Shown: positions 39,664 through 49,580 of the stretch, in pieces | Numbering within the stretch: position 1 is the first letter of the stretch | How the letters are laid out: each line of letters starts with the position of its first letter | Assembly (NCBI RefSeq): GCF_038025025.1 | Contig: NW_027117338.1 | Coordinates: 1,302,001-1,366,000 of the forward strand | Direction: 5' to 3' | Length of the DNA: 64,000 nucleotides | Source of the DNA: Phyllosticta citribraziliensis | Lineage: Eukaryota | Made by a program: the position numbers and the translations under genes | Notes under the pieces: generated by a model | The model's database searches: none | Seen by the model: only the letters and a program-made list of their open reading frames with translations | What the model was told of the DNA's origin: nothing

Positions 39664-40426
39664 GGTGGATAAAACCTGATGTGAGGACCGCTGGTTTTTA
39701 TGATGTCGCCCTATGACGCGTCAATCAGTTCACTCAGCCAACTTTGGTAGACGTTACAGTCTTGCCGGTTTACTGACGTGTTCTGTGTGTAAGTTGCGGG
39801 TGCCAGTAGGTCAAGTCCCTCGCGCTAGTCGTGTATGTTGAAGAAGGATGTAGGGCTGGGGAGGAGTGGAGCCAGGTTGATATAAGAAAGAGAGGAAAGA
39901 GGGATGTCATGGATGGGCATATGACTGTTCACATGGCGCCGGCGCGGTGAGGTGACTGTTGGCAGGCAAGTACTGGAACTGTCGTCGGTCGACTGGTGCT
40001 GCTGCCATTTAAATGTAATGTAGGTGGTCAGTTTTATTCCAGGCTTGCCGCGTGGTGCTACTGCATTGATGGACGCGCATCTTCACGAGACAATGGTGTC
40101 TGTGGGGGACGACTGCTCCCTGGCCTCTGTACTGGACACGTTGATATGGGAAGACTTGGAGGTAGAAAGCACGAATATTGGTGATGTTGACAGACTGCTC
40201 AAAGGTTGGTAACTTGAGTGAATCATCCCTTGAGCCCAAAATTCTCATTTGAAGTGGCTGCTACCTGGCCCGGTTGTTACTCGGCTCGAGTCCCGTTTGT
40301 AGTCAATCTTCCAGTCGTTTCATAGTTCCTGGCTATGCTTACCCGTACGACAAGGCTTTTGAAAGGACATTTTCGACACTTTTCTCTTGACTTTTTTTCT
40401 TTCTGTTTCGAGAACAAGGCGATAAT

Positions 40427-40848
40427 TCACGACACGGCAACAAAAGCTGTCAGAGCCTTGGTGACATCACCATCATGGGCCTTGAGCAGCTCGGTGGCCT
40501 TTGGCTTGGTCAACTCCAGGTGATTGACCTGCAAAGACGCAGTTAGCATGGATCTGCAGCAGGACTCCCTGACTCGAAACTCACCAGCAAAGAGACGTCG
40601 GCCTGATCGACCTTGACGACCTTCTTCACCACGTTCTTGGGCGTTGTGTTGTCGCTGACGTCTAGATTCTTCATTGCCTTTCCCAGCGCCTCAGCATCGA
40701 CATCCTTCTTCGCAGCAGCATCATCGTCGTTTTGATTGGCATCAAGCTTGGACATGGCAGCTGCGGCCTTGCGATCTTCTGCAGCGACGGGAGCAGCCGG
40801 GGTCTGGGCGCCTTCGTGGACACCTGCTGGTCGCGGTTCCTCAGCCAT
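40427..40848 (-). CDS. HYPK-like protein with C-terminal UBA-like domain (~121 aa)
   Basis: Exons 40848-40585 and 40528-40427; intron GTGAGT..CTAAC..CAG; C-terminus VKVDQADVSLLVNHLELTKPKATELLKAHDGDVTKAL is typical of HYPK. Confidence 0.85.
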
Positions 40849-40924
40849 TGCGAGTAGACGAGGTCAAAACAAGGCGCCGATGCGGAATGGTGTTGTTGAT
40901 GGTCCGGGAGGAGTGGCTGGTGGG

Positions 40925-40955
40925 TGGAGCTTGGAGCTTGGAGCTTGGAGCTTGG
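40925..40955. repeat. (TGGAGCT)4 heptamer tandem repeat upstream of the HYPK-like gene
   Basis: Direct reading of the sequence. Confidence 0.9.
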
Positions 40956-41389
40956 GACAAGGAGCGGACGCGGCCCGCGACGCCAGGCGTTGGTCTCCCG
41001 GTCGACTTTCTCACCACTCACTGTATAGCCCTTGCCAGCTGTTTGAGCCGCATTACCTATTGCTCGTTCCACGACGACTGCTCTCCCTCTTTTGGCCCAA
41101 GATCCTTCTCCAACATCCAGTCGACGCCACAGTCCTCAGCCTCCATCACCGACGGGGCTGGCAGGAATCTCCCGTCGCCTTCGGTTTCATACCTTGGCCC
41201 CAAGTCGCCCGGTCAAGCATTCCTGAGACGGCCTCGGAGGACTAGTCGCCAGAAAAGGTACCGTGGTTGATAGCTTCCGTAGCCTCTTCCATTTTCCCCT
41301 ACCTAGTTAAAGAGATGCGTCTTCCTTTGCTGCCTCCTCCAACATGTCAACACTCCGAACAACCCCTCGCGTCGCCAAGCATCCTCGCC

Positions 41390-41396
41390 TGAGTCA
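41390..41396. promoter_or_regulatory. Gcn4/CpcA-type element TGAGTCA
   Basis: Exact TGASTCA ~375 bp upstream of the DAHP synthase ATG; fungal amino-acid biosynthesis genes are typical cross-pathway-control targets. A 7-mer can occur by chance. Confidence 0.45.
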
Positions 41397-41398
41397 CC

Positions 41399-41726
41399 AT
41401 GTCTGCCAATTGCATTTCCGCCTGTGCCATCCCCTTCGCCTTCGTCGTCTTGATGCTTCTCGTTTGGCAAAAGATGCAACAGGAGCGTGCTCAATACGAG
41501 GCCCTGCATCCGTCGGAAAAGGTCGTGGCGCTCACTGTCATCCAGGCGGCTCGCTTGCGAGAGGAACAAGTCGGCTTTGAACTCTCGGTAATCCAATGCC
41601 TCTCGTCGTCCTTTGTCTTCACATCACCTGACATCGCAATAGGACTCCAAGACTCCAGACCCTCCCCAGGGAAAACCGAGACACACACGTGTGGACTCTG
41701 CCTCGACAAGCTGTGCCGACTACTAG
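41399..41726 (+). CDS. Putative small single-TM protein or spliced uORF (~90 aa)
   Basis: CACCATG start; hydrophobic segment CAIPFAFVVLMLLVW; candidate intron 41588-41642 (GTAATC..CTGAC..TAG); stop at 41726. Confidence 0.35.
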
Positions 41727-41769
41727 CGCAGCTCACAACAGATCACCACGCCCACAAACCCTGTACAAA

Positions 41770-43337
41770 ATGTCCTCGGCCATCATGCACCGCGCGGCTC
41801 TCAATGGCGTCTCAAACGATGAGTCGTCAAGCTCTGGCGAATGGAGCCCTTCATGTATGTCAATACTTGAAGACCACACGCACACCACTGACGCTTCCCA
41901 GCCTGGCGCACGAAGCCCATTGTGCAAGCAATAGAATACCCAAACCCCAGCCAACTTGCTCCCGCACTCTCTCAACTTCAGAATCTACCTCCGATGGTGA
42001 CACCAACCGAAATCGTCAAGCTTCGACAGCACCTCCGCCGCGTTGCTCTGGGCGAGGCCTTTTTGTTGCAAGGCGGCGACTGTGCCGAGCTCTTTTCGTA
42101 CTGCTCAGACGGCCCCATCGACGCCAAAATCAAGCTGCTGCTTCAGATGTCGTTGGTTCTGATTTGGGGTGCAAACAAGCCCGTTGTACGCATTGCGCGC
42201 ATGGCTGGTCAGTACGCAAAGCCTCGGTCGAGTGCCATGGAAACACTGCCGGACGGCTCGAAAATTCACAGCTTTCGCGGAGACATCCTGAACGGTTTTG
42301 ACCGCGAGGAGCGCGAGCCCAATCCTGGACGTCTAGTCCAAGCGTACTTTCACTCCGCTGCCACTCTGAACTTTCTGCGCGCTCAGCTCTCCAGCGGCAT
42401 AGCGGATCTACACAATCCCATGGACTGGGGACTCGGCCACGTCCGCGACGAAAAGCTCCAGACACAATACACAAAGATCGTCAACTCCATTACTGAATCT
42501 CTCCGCTTCATGCGCACCATTGGCGCCGACACAGCGGGTCAGCTCGAGACCGTCGAACTCTTCACGAGCCATGAAGGCCTTGTGCTGGAATACGAAGAAG
42601 CCCTGACCCGTCGGCTGCCGCGACCCAAGAGCGAAGACCGCTCAGGAAGCGCGGGTCCAGCACTTGACGATGGCAAGGCTTGGTACAACACTTCGGCCCA
42701 CTTCCTCTGGATCGGCGACCGCACTCGGCAACTGACCCACGGCCACGTTGAGTACTTTCGCGGTATTGAGAACCCAATCGGCATCAAGGTTGGGCCTAGC
42801 ATGGCGAGCGACGAGCTTGTCCGGCTGCTTGACATTGTCAACCCGAACAAGGATATCGGCAAGGTGACGCTGATTACGCGGTACGGCGAAGGCAAGGTTG
42901 AGGACTTACTTCCTGGACATATCGAGGCCGTCAGACAGAGCGGTCACGTCGTTGTTTGGCAATGCGATCCCATGCATGGGTAATTCAACTCTCGGGCTTA
43001 CCAAGGCTTTCACGAAGACAGAACATTGACTGACGATACCCGTCACAGCAACACTCTCTCTACCCCAACAGGCATAAAAACACGTCGCTTCTCGTCCATC
43101 TTATCCGAAGTCTCGTCTGCCCTGCGCATCCACCAGCTTCATGGTTCTTTCCTCGGTGGCGTGCACCTTGAGCTCACGGGCGACGCCGTCACCGAGTGTC
43201 TGGGCGGCAGCGAAGGCCTGGCCGAGCAGGACTTGAGCCTTAACTACACGACGTACTGCGACCCGCGCCTGAACGAGAAGCAGGCGTTGGAGCTGGCGTT
43301 CTTGGTCGCTGGGTTCTATCGTGGAGAAAGCGTGTGA
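41770..43337 (+). CDS. Class II DAHP synthase (3-deoxy-7-phosphoheptulonate synthase)
   Basis: Exons 41770-41854, 41902-42979, 43049-43337; WSPSSWR, LLQGGDCAE, RMAGQYAKPRS, WIGDRTRQ, CDPMHGNT, GGVHLELTG, CDPRLN. Confidence 0.96.
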
Positions 43338-43681
43338 GAGGGGCAGCACCATGGCAAGTCCGGGACGGGGAAGATCGAGGGATGCATAAGGTCGGTTGCA
43401 GGATAGCAAAAGGAGCATTTGGCTTGCTGAAAAAAGCTCGAATTTGATTTTACATGTCCATTTTTGACTCATCGAGCCTTATGATGTGATATCTCCGTGT
43501 TCGTCGTGATCATCCACGCCATGTTCTCGGCCTTGCCTCAATCTTACAAGAGTAACAAAAGCCCAACCCTTTTGATTCGTATCATCTTTTGGCCATTTTG
43601 ACCATGCGTATATCATCGCCCGTAATCTTCCAAAAAGGGCTCAATTTTCTCGCTCACGCCTCTTCATCCAAACCTTACAGT

Positions 43682-45403
43682 TTAGGTCTGCAGCGGACCG
43701 ACGCCGCCCATGGTGACGGTCTTGGTAACGACGTACTCGTCAACACCCAAGTGGCTTCCCTCGCGACCAAAGCCGCTCTCCTTGACGCCACCAAACGGCG
43801 CAGCGGGGTCCGAGATCAAGCCCGTGTTGACGCCGACCATGCCGACCTCGAGGGCCTCGGCGACGCGGTAGCAGCGCTGAACGTCCTTGCTGAAGAAGTA
43901 GCCGGCGAGGCCGACCTCGGTGCTGTTTGCGAGGCGGACGACGTCGGCCTCGGTGTCGAAGGAGAAGAGGCCGGCGACGGGGCCGAACGTCTCCTCCTGC
44001 GCCAGCTGCATGTCGACCGTCATGTCGCGCAGCACGGTGGGGGCGAAGAAGTTGGCGCCGAGGTCGGGCAGGCGCTGGCCGCCGATGAGCACCGTGGCGC
44101 CCTGCTTGACGGCGTCGGTGACGTGCGACTCGACCTTGGACACGGCGCGGTCGTGGATGAGCGGGCCGTGGGTGGTGCCGGCTTCGTAGCCGCCGCCGAC
44201 CTTGAACGACTCGACCTTTTTGGCAAACGCCGCCGCGAACGCCTCGTAGATGCCGCGCTGCACGTAGATGCGGTTGGCGCACACGCACGTCTGGCCCGAG
44301 CTGCGGAACTTGGAGGCGATGGCGCCGGCGACGGCCGTGTCGAGGTCGGCGTCGTCGAAGACGATGAAGGGCGCGTTGCCGCCCAGCTCGAACGAGAGCT
44401 TCTTGAGCGTCGCCGACGATTGCTTCATCAGCAGCTTGCCGACGTTGGTGCTGCCGGTAAAGGACACCTTCTTGACTATGGGCGACGAGGTGATGGCCTC
44501 GCCGACTTCGGGCGTGTTCTTGAGCGCCGTGACGAAGTTGACGACGCCCTTGGGAATGCCGGCGCGGTGAGCCAGCTCAGCCAGAGCGGCTGCCGTGAGG
44601 GGGGTCTCTCCTGGAGATTTGGCCACGACTGTGCAGCCGGCGGCGAGCGCTGGGCCAATCTTGCGGGTGATCATGGCGGCGGGGAAATTCCATCTGAACG
44701 CACGTCAGGGGTTGCTCTCCTCAAGGGGTTGCTCGACTGCTCGAGCTGCTGAGCCTTGACTCACGGCGTAATCAGACCACAAACACCAACGGGCTCCTTG
44801 ATAGTAAAGATGCGGTTTCCGGCAACGCTGGCGGGAATGGTCGTGCCATAGATGCGCGGAGCTTCTTCAGAAAACCATTCGAAAAAATTGGCCGCATACG
44901 TGACTTCGCCCTTGGCATCCGCAATGGGCTTCCCGTTCTCCCAGGTGATGAGCTTGGCGAGATCTTCGGCATTTTCAGCCATCAGATCGTACCACTTGCG
45001 CAGCATGCGGGAGCGCTCGCGGCCGGTGAGCTTGCGGAAAGCCGGCAGAGCAGCGGCGGCGGCATCAATGGCCTTTCGCGTGTCGGCGGCGTCCATCTCG
45101 GGCTGTGTGGCAATCACCTCGTGGGACGAGGGGTCCGTGACTTCGAACGTCTTTCCAGACGCGGCGCCAACCCACTCGCCATTGACATAGGAGAGGGTCT
45201 TGAGCAGCGACTTGTCGCTGAGCTGTAGCACGCAAAGAGCGTCAGTCAATGAGGCCGTTGGTCTGGGCGTCAAGGTGGAGGCGGGGTACCGGAGGAACAG
45301 TGTGACCCATGGCGTATGTTCTCGAGAAGAGGCGGGGAGCAAGGCGAGGCTGGAAGTTTGCGCGGGTTACTGATCTGGCTGCAAGAGACAGGACGGGCCG
45401 CAT
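43682..45403 (-). CDS. UGA2: Succinate-semialdehyde dehydrogenase (ALDH5 / GabD-like)
   Basis: Exons 45403-45290, 45222-44765, 44693-43682; ITPWNFP, SFTGST, ELGGNAP, GQTCVC, EETFGP, PFGGVKESGFGREG. Confidence 0.93.
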
Positions 45404-45971
45404 AATGAGTGAAAGAGGAGCGTCGTCAAGACGTCACCCGGCGGTGGGAGAGGGCCGGCTTTACGTGGATGGCTCGAGGCTTGAGGCGGGGACGCGGGCG
45501 GGCAGATGGACTGACAAGCCGAAGACCGATGGCTCGAGGCGGGATGCGCAGCTTATATGCCGTCAGTCGTCAATGCTATCGTGAAAGAGCACAGGTAGAG
45601 CGTCAAGAGCGGCGCAAGCGTCAATGGCGGTCTCGTCCGAGTCCCTGGTGGGGTTCTTTCGGTGGCGCTATCGGCGATACTCTGTTCCAACTTCATCTCT
45701 CTCCACCTCCCCAGGTTGATGTCGCATCGCGCCATTATTTGTACTCGCCAAGGCTGCAAGGCTCCCGAGAAAAAAGTTGTCCAGTTCTCGTTTTTCGCTG
45801 TCACCTCAAAGAAAAAGCATGGCCGGAGAAAACAAAGGAGAATTCCAATTTGATGTTTACAGAAACCCCTGGGAAACGCCGGAAGTTCTAGACAAACCAC
45901 ACCAAGCAGTCGAGAGAAGAGCCATTTAGCAAATGCTCCATCAAAGGAGCAGCTGGAAACACGATCTCAAG

Positions 45972-47426
45972 CTAAGCTCGCAGTCTTTCCTCATGCCTCC
46001 TTTTAGCTTCAAAGTCCACCATGAATGCTTCAATTGTGACGTCGAGCATGACGATCATTCCGCCAACAACAATAACAATGGGGACGACTGTGAGCGGGAA
46101 GGTTTCCAGGAAGAAGTCTGAAATGCATTCAAGCAGGACCGGGATCCAGTATTCCAACACCATGACCTCGATATAGGCCACACAGTAGCATACGAAGGAG
46201 GCGAGGACCAAGAAGGTTTCCAGAAAGAAGTCTGCGAGGCATTCAAGCAGGGCCGGGATCCAGTGTTCAGTCACGGATATCTCGATATAGGCCACATAGT
46301 AGCACACTAAGTAGGCGACGACCGGTATATAAGACCTACAGACTCTGATGAAGTCGATACAGTGATCAATCAGGACCGGTACGTTGTCCAAGCAGGCCCT
46401 GGCAAAGTCCGCTAACAAGGAAACCAGGGCTGCCATGTAGAAGAATACCTCATAGTAATGCCACTTTCGGTTCACGACCAATCTCACTCCTCTCATGAGA
46501 GTACGGTATGCCCCTATCAGGAGGGCTTTAATGTACCAGTAGCACTTCCGCGCTGAGGTCTGGAGCTGTCGGCATCGGCCCACAACGCCCCTTCCTGTCA
46601 TTCTCGGGAGCCTTTTGACGAGCCGGTAGATTTTCCATCTAAGGCGGTGGAATGAAAGAAGACGTTTGGCGCCGGCACAGCCGAATACTCTGTAGAGGCG
46701 CGTAAGTCGGTGCCAGAGCCAGTTGCAACAAAAGACCAGTAACCAGGGCGCATCCTGGGCTGCTGCGTTGGCGAGTGACAGCGAAGACCATAGACACACG
46801 CCCCAGAGAAAGTCTTGGGACGTGCTTTTGGCGAAGCTGCGCAAGTTCTTGCGTTCATTTCGTATAGGTTTGGCAGTTGGGGAAGCAGCGACGAAGGCGT
46901 TTTGTAAACTCTGGCGGAGCTCGCATTGCGCAAGGTCCTGATGGCTGAAAGAGTGGCTTGTTGATAGTAGTCCTGCGCCGTTTCGAAGATGTGATGTTGC
47001 ACTGCGCTTGGGATGGACCAATTGAGCGTCGCATTGGTGGATATGTTGAGATGAAACTCTTTGAACGGCCGTAGCGCCTCCAATTTCAACATTGACAATA
47101 GATGACCGGCGCTCTTGTGGCAGAGCTGCATCACCTGTGATTTGAATTTGCCAATATCCATTGTCGAAGGGTGTGTGACTGGGAGCAGTCGTGTGACCGC
47201 AAATGAGTGTAGGCGTATTGAAGAAAGAATTTTGAACGGTTGTATAGCTGCCTTCAATATGTATCTTACTGGCGAATGGGTGAGCCTCTTCGAGCGCAAC
47301 TCTTGCGCCTTTTGCTCCATGATCAAGGCCTGTTTGATATTGGTGACGAAGGCAGGAGGTAAATTGTAAACAATGGGCGCGGGCCAAACGAGAGACATTG
47401 GATACAGGTGAGTCGGTGACGGACAA
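45972..47426 (-). CDS. Unrecognised ORF with hydrophobic C-terminus; exon structure uncertain
   Basis: 484-aa ORF overlapped on the same strand by a 290-aa ORF (46598-47470); contains an in-frame 38-aa duplication; no family recognised. Confidence 0.4.
   Translation of the reverse strand: MSVTDSPVSNVSRLARAHCLQFTSCLRHQYQTGLDHGAKGARVALEEAHPFASKIHIEGSYTTVQNSFFNTPTLICGHTTAPSHTPFDNGYWQIQITGDAALPQERRSSIVNVEIGGATAVQRVSSQHIHQCDAQLVHPKRSATSHLRNGAGLLSTSHSFSHQDLAQCELRQSLQNAFVAASPTAKPIRNERKNLRSFAKSTSQDFLWGVCLWSSLSLANAAAQDAPWLLVFCCNWLWHRLTRLYRVFGCAGAKRLLSFHRLRWKIYRLVKRLPRMTGRGVVGRCRQLQTSARKCYWYIKALLIGAYRTLMRGVRLVVNRKWHYYEVFFYMAALVSLLADFARACLDNVPVLIDHCIDFIRVCRSYIPVVAYLVCYYVAYIEISVTEHWIPALLECLADFFLETFLVLASFVCYCVAYIEVMVLEYWIPVLLECISDFFLETFPLTVVPIVIVVGGMIVMLDVTIEAFMVDFEAKRRHEERLRA
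46098..46323. repeat. 114-bp diverged tandem duplication (2 copies)
   Basis: GAAGGTTTCCAG at 46098 and 46212; the minus strand encodes VCYYVAYIE...WIPALLECLADFFLETF and VCYCVAYIE...WIPVLLECISDFFLETF. Confidence 0.9.
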
Positions 47427-48292
47427 TGAGGGCCTTGGCGAAGGTTAGCTCTGTATATCATGTGAAGCACTTGTTTGGAAGATCGATGTAGACATGAGGG
47501 GAAAACATACCATCCAGATCAAGACAGAAAGAAATCGGCTGAGAATAATGTACTGGGGCACCTGCTGTGTCCTCCACTCTGATATCGGTTTGTCCATAAG
47601 TTGTTTCGTCCAGTCGTCCGACCAGAGCAAGTCGGAAGCAGCTGGTTGAACGTCAGCTTGGGCAAATCAAAGGACTCTGGGTGCCAGTGTTCCAAGTCTC
47701 ATCTGCTTACATCGCAACACTGGGTCGGATGCATCTGATCTTTGGGCTGGCTGAAAAGGCGAAGTTCTCGCTCAAAGTGCTAAACCCGTAGTAGCGTGAT
47801 GGTCGTGGAAGACCTGGTACGGCCTGACATGCGACCAGCAGCGAAAAGAGAACGAATATATGAGTGGTCTTCATGATGCCAGACTATAGTTTGATACCTG
47901 CAGAGGCAAAGTGAGATGAGTTCAAGGCGCAAAGCCGGTGGGAAATGTAAAAGTGCAGCTCGGCTTGAGGAGTAGCTTCCCTGGTGACCTTGATACCGGG
48001 CAACACAAATTGCCGGCGTAGAGAAGGAACTCATGGCACGATTCGCGCTCGGCTTGAACGATCCCTAGCTGCCAATCAGGTCAACAACAGCATGAATCTC
48101 GAGAGAGCATGAATTCCTTAGATCGCACAGGTTCAGGATCTTGGATACACTGAGAATGAACTAGGACTGGCAGGTCGTGCCAGAAGTACATTGAATTCGT
48201 CGTGATCAATCAGACGAGCGAGACTGTGCTGTAGTAGTACATGGATGGTGAGCCTTGCGGTCGACGTAACCCTATGCCACCACTCCAGACCT

Positions 48293-49258
48293 TTAAATCT
48301 TGCCACCAGTAAGTTCCTCCGCAATCTTGTGGATGCGAGCACGAGTCGCGACAGTCATGTCGTCTTTGACGGCTCTCTGGGTTCGCAGACCAAGCATTTG
48401 AGAAACGCTCCGTGGTGCATCCTTGGCCCAGATGCTGCGACCAAAGGTTGCTCCGCCTCCGCCGTAGAAGTCTGCTGGGTGTTCCTCCGTACCGAATGCC
48501 TCGTCGATTTTGCTGACAAGCTGCTCCTCAGTCACTATAAATTCCCGGGCATGCATGTAGAGCGTATGAAGCTGATCGTTTCTCTCCGCAGCTTTTCCCT
48601 TCCGTTTCAATGCCGCATTCCTTCTGTGGCGCTTCGCCTCCCCCGGCGAACGGGTTTTGGTACTGTGTTCGCCGTTCATCAAGTCCCTGACGGCCTTGGT
48701 GACACTCGTTTTTGTCAACTGCTCGTCCAATGGCTCCGGAGCACTCAGGAGGGCGCGCTGCTCTGCTTGCCGTGTAGCTCCACGCGTAGCCCACTTCAAG
48801 TCTGACCTCTCCTTGCGCAAGTGGAGCTTTTCGATTCCGGCTTTCAGACTCCTTCGACGGATCTTTGCCATTTTTGCCTTGTATTTGGTTTTGAGCACAT
48901 GGTCGCCGATTGTGATGGGTTCCCGCGCTGGTTCTCGCGTTGCTGATGCAATGAACTCTTCGCTGTGCTTGGGCCTTTCGCTTCGGTTGACGAAAATATC
49001 GCGGGGGACAGGCAATGCGCCCTTGATTATCGGTGCCTTCGTTGCCTTGAGTTGCTTTTGCGCGGGGATATCGATGTACCTAGGCGACTCGGGAGGGATT
49101 TGAGAGGTGGCCGTAGGAGTCTCCGGTTTGGCGTCTGCTTCGTCGGGATTTGCGTGACGAGTCGCGGAGGATGTAAAGGCACGACGCGGGAAGGTGGAGG
49201 CGCATGATGAGCATCGATATGCGAGAGAAGTAAACGCACGAGGCTGAGGAGGAGGCAT
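48293..49258 (-). CDS. Mitochondrion-targeted basic protein, probably mitoribosomal small-subunit protein (mS26-like)
   Basis: Arg/Ser-rich presequence (RRAFTSSATRH), IPPESPRYIDIP, KGALPVPRDIF, LHTLYMHAREFIVTEEQL. Family assignment is from memory and unverified. Confidence 0.7.
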   Translation of the reverse strand: MPPPQPRAFTSLAYRCSSCASTFPRRAFTSSATRHANPDEADAKPETPTATSQIPPESPRYIDIPAQKQLKATKAPIIKGALPVPRDIFVNRSERPKHSEEFIASATREPAREPITIGDHVLKTKYKAKMAKIRRRSLKAGIEKLHLRKERSDLKWATRGATRQAEQRALLSAPEPLDEQLTKTSVTKAVRDLMNGEHSTKTRSPGEAKRHRRNAALKRKGKAAERNDQLHTLYMHAREFIVTEEQLVSKIDEAFGTEEHPADFYGGGGATFGRSIWAKDAPRSVSQMLGLRTQRAVKDDMTVATRARIHKIAEELTGGKI

Positions 49259-49580
49259 TGTGAGCCGTGTGCACTCGGGAGTGTCCTCGAATGCTTTGGG
49301 ACAATTGAATATGGTGGTCGCAGCTCGGGCGGGATTGGAAAAGTCGGCTGATCCCCGGCCACCCGCGAAATCTTGGCACCAGCGCCCGCTGCAAAAAAAG
49401 ATGGTGATCCTCGCCTGCGTCCCATCCTCCTACACTTTTTCACATTTTCTCTCTCCTCAACACCAACACCCTCTACTGCTCTTGATTGCCTCTCACCCTC
49501 CTTCATACTAGCGACCACATCACCATCACAGATATCCGCACTGTAAACGTCTAGCGACGAGCGCATAGCGCCTCTTCATC

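Noticed and set aside
41770..45403. Secondary-metabolite cluster around class II DAHP synthase and the aldehyde dehydrogenase
   Set aside because: No PKS, NRPS, terpene synthase, tailoring enzymes or cluster regulator; neighbours are housekeeping genes, and class II DAHP synthases are normal in filamentous fungi.
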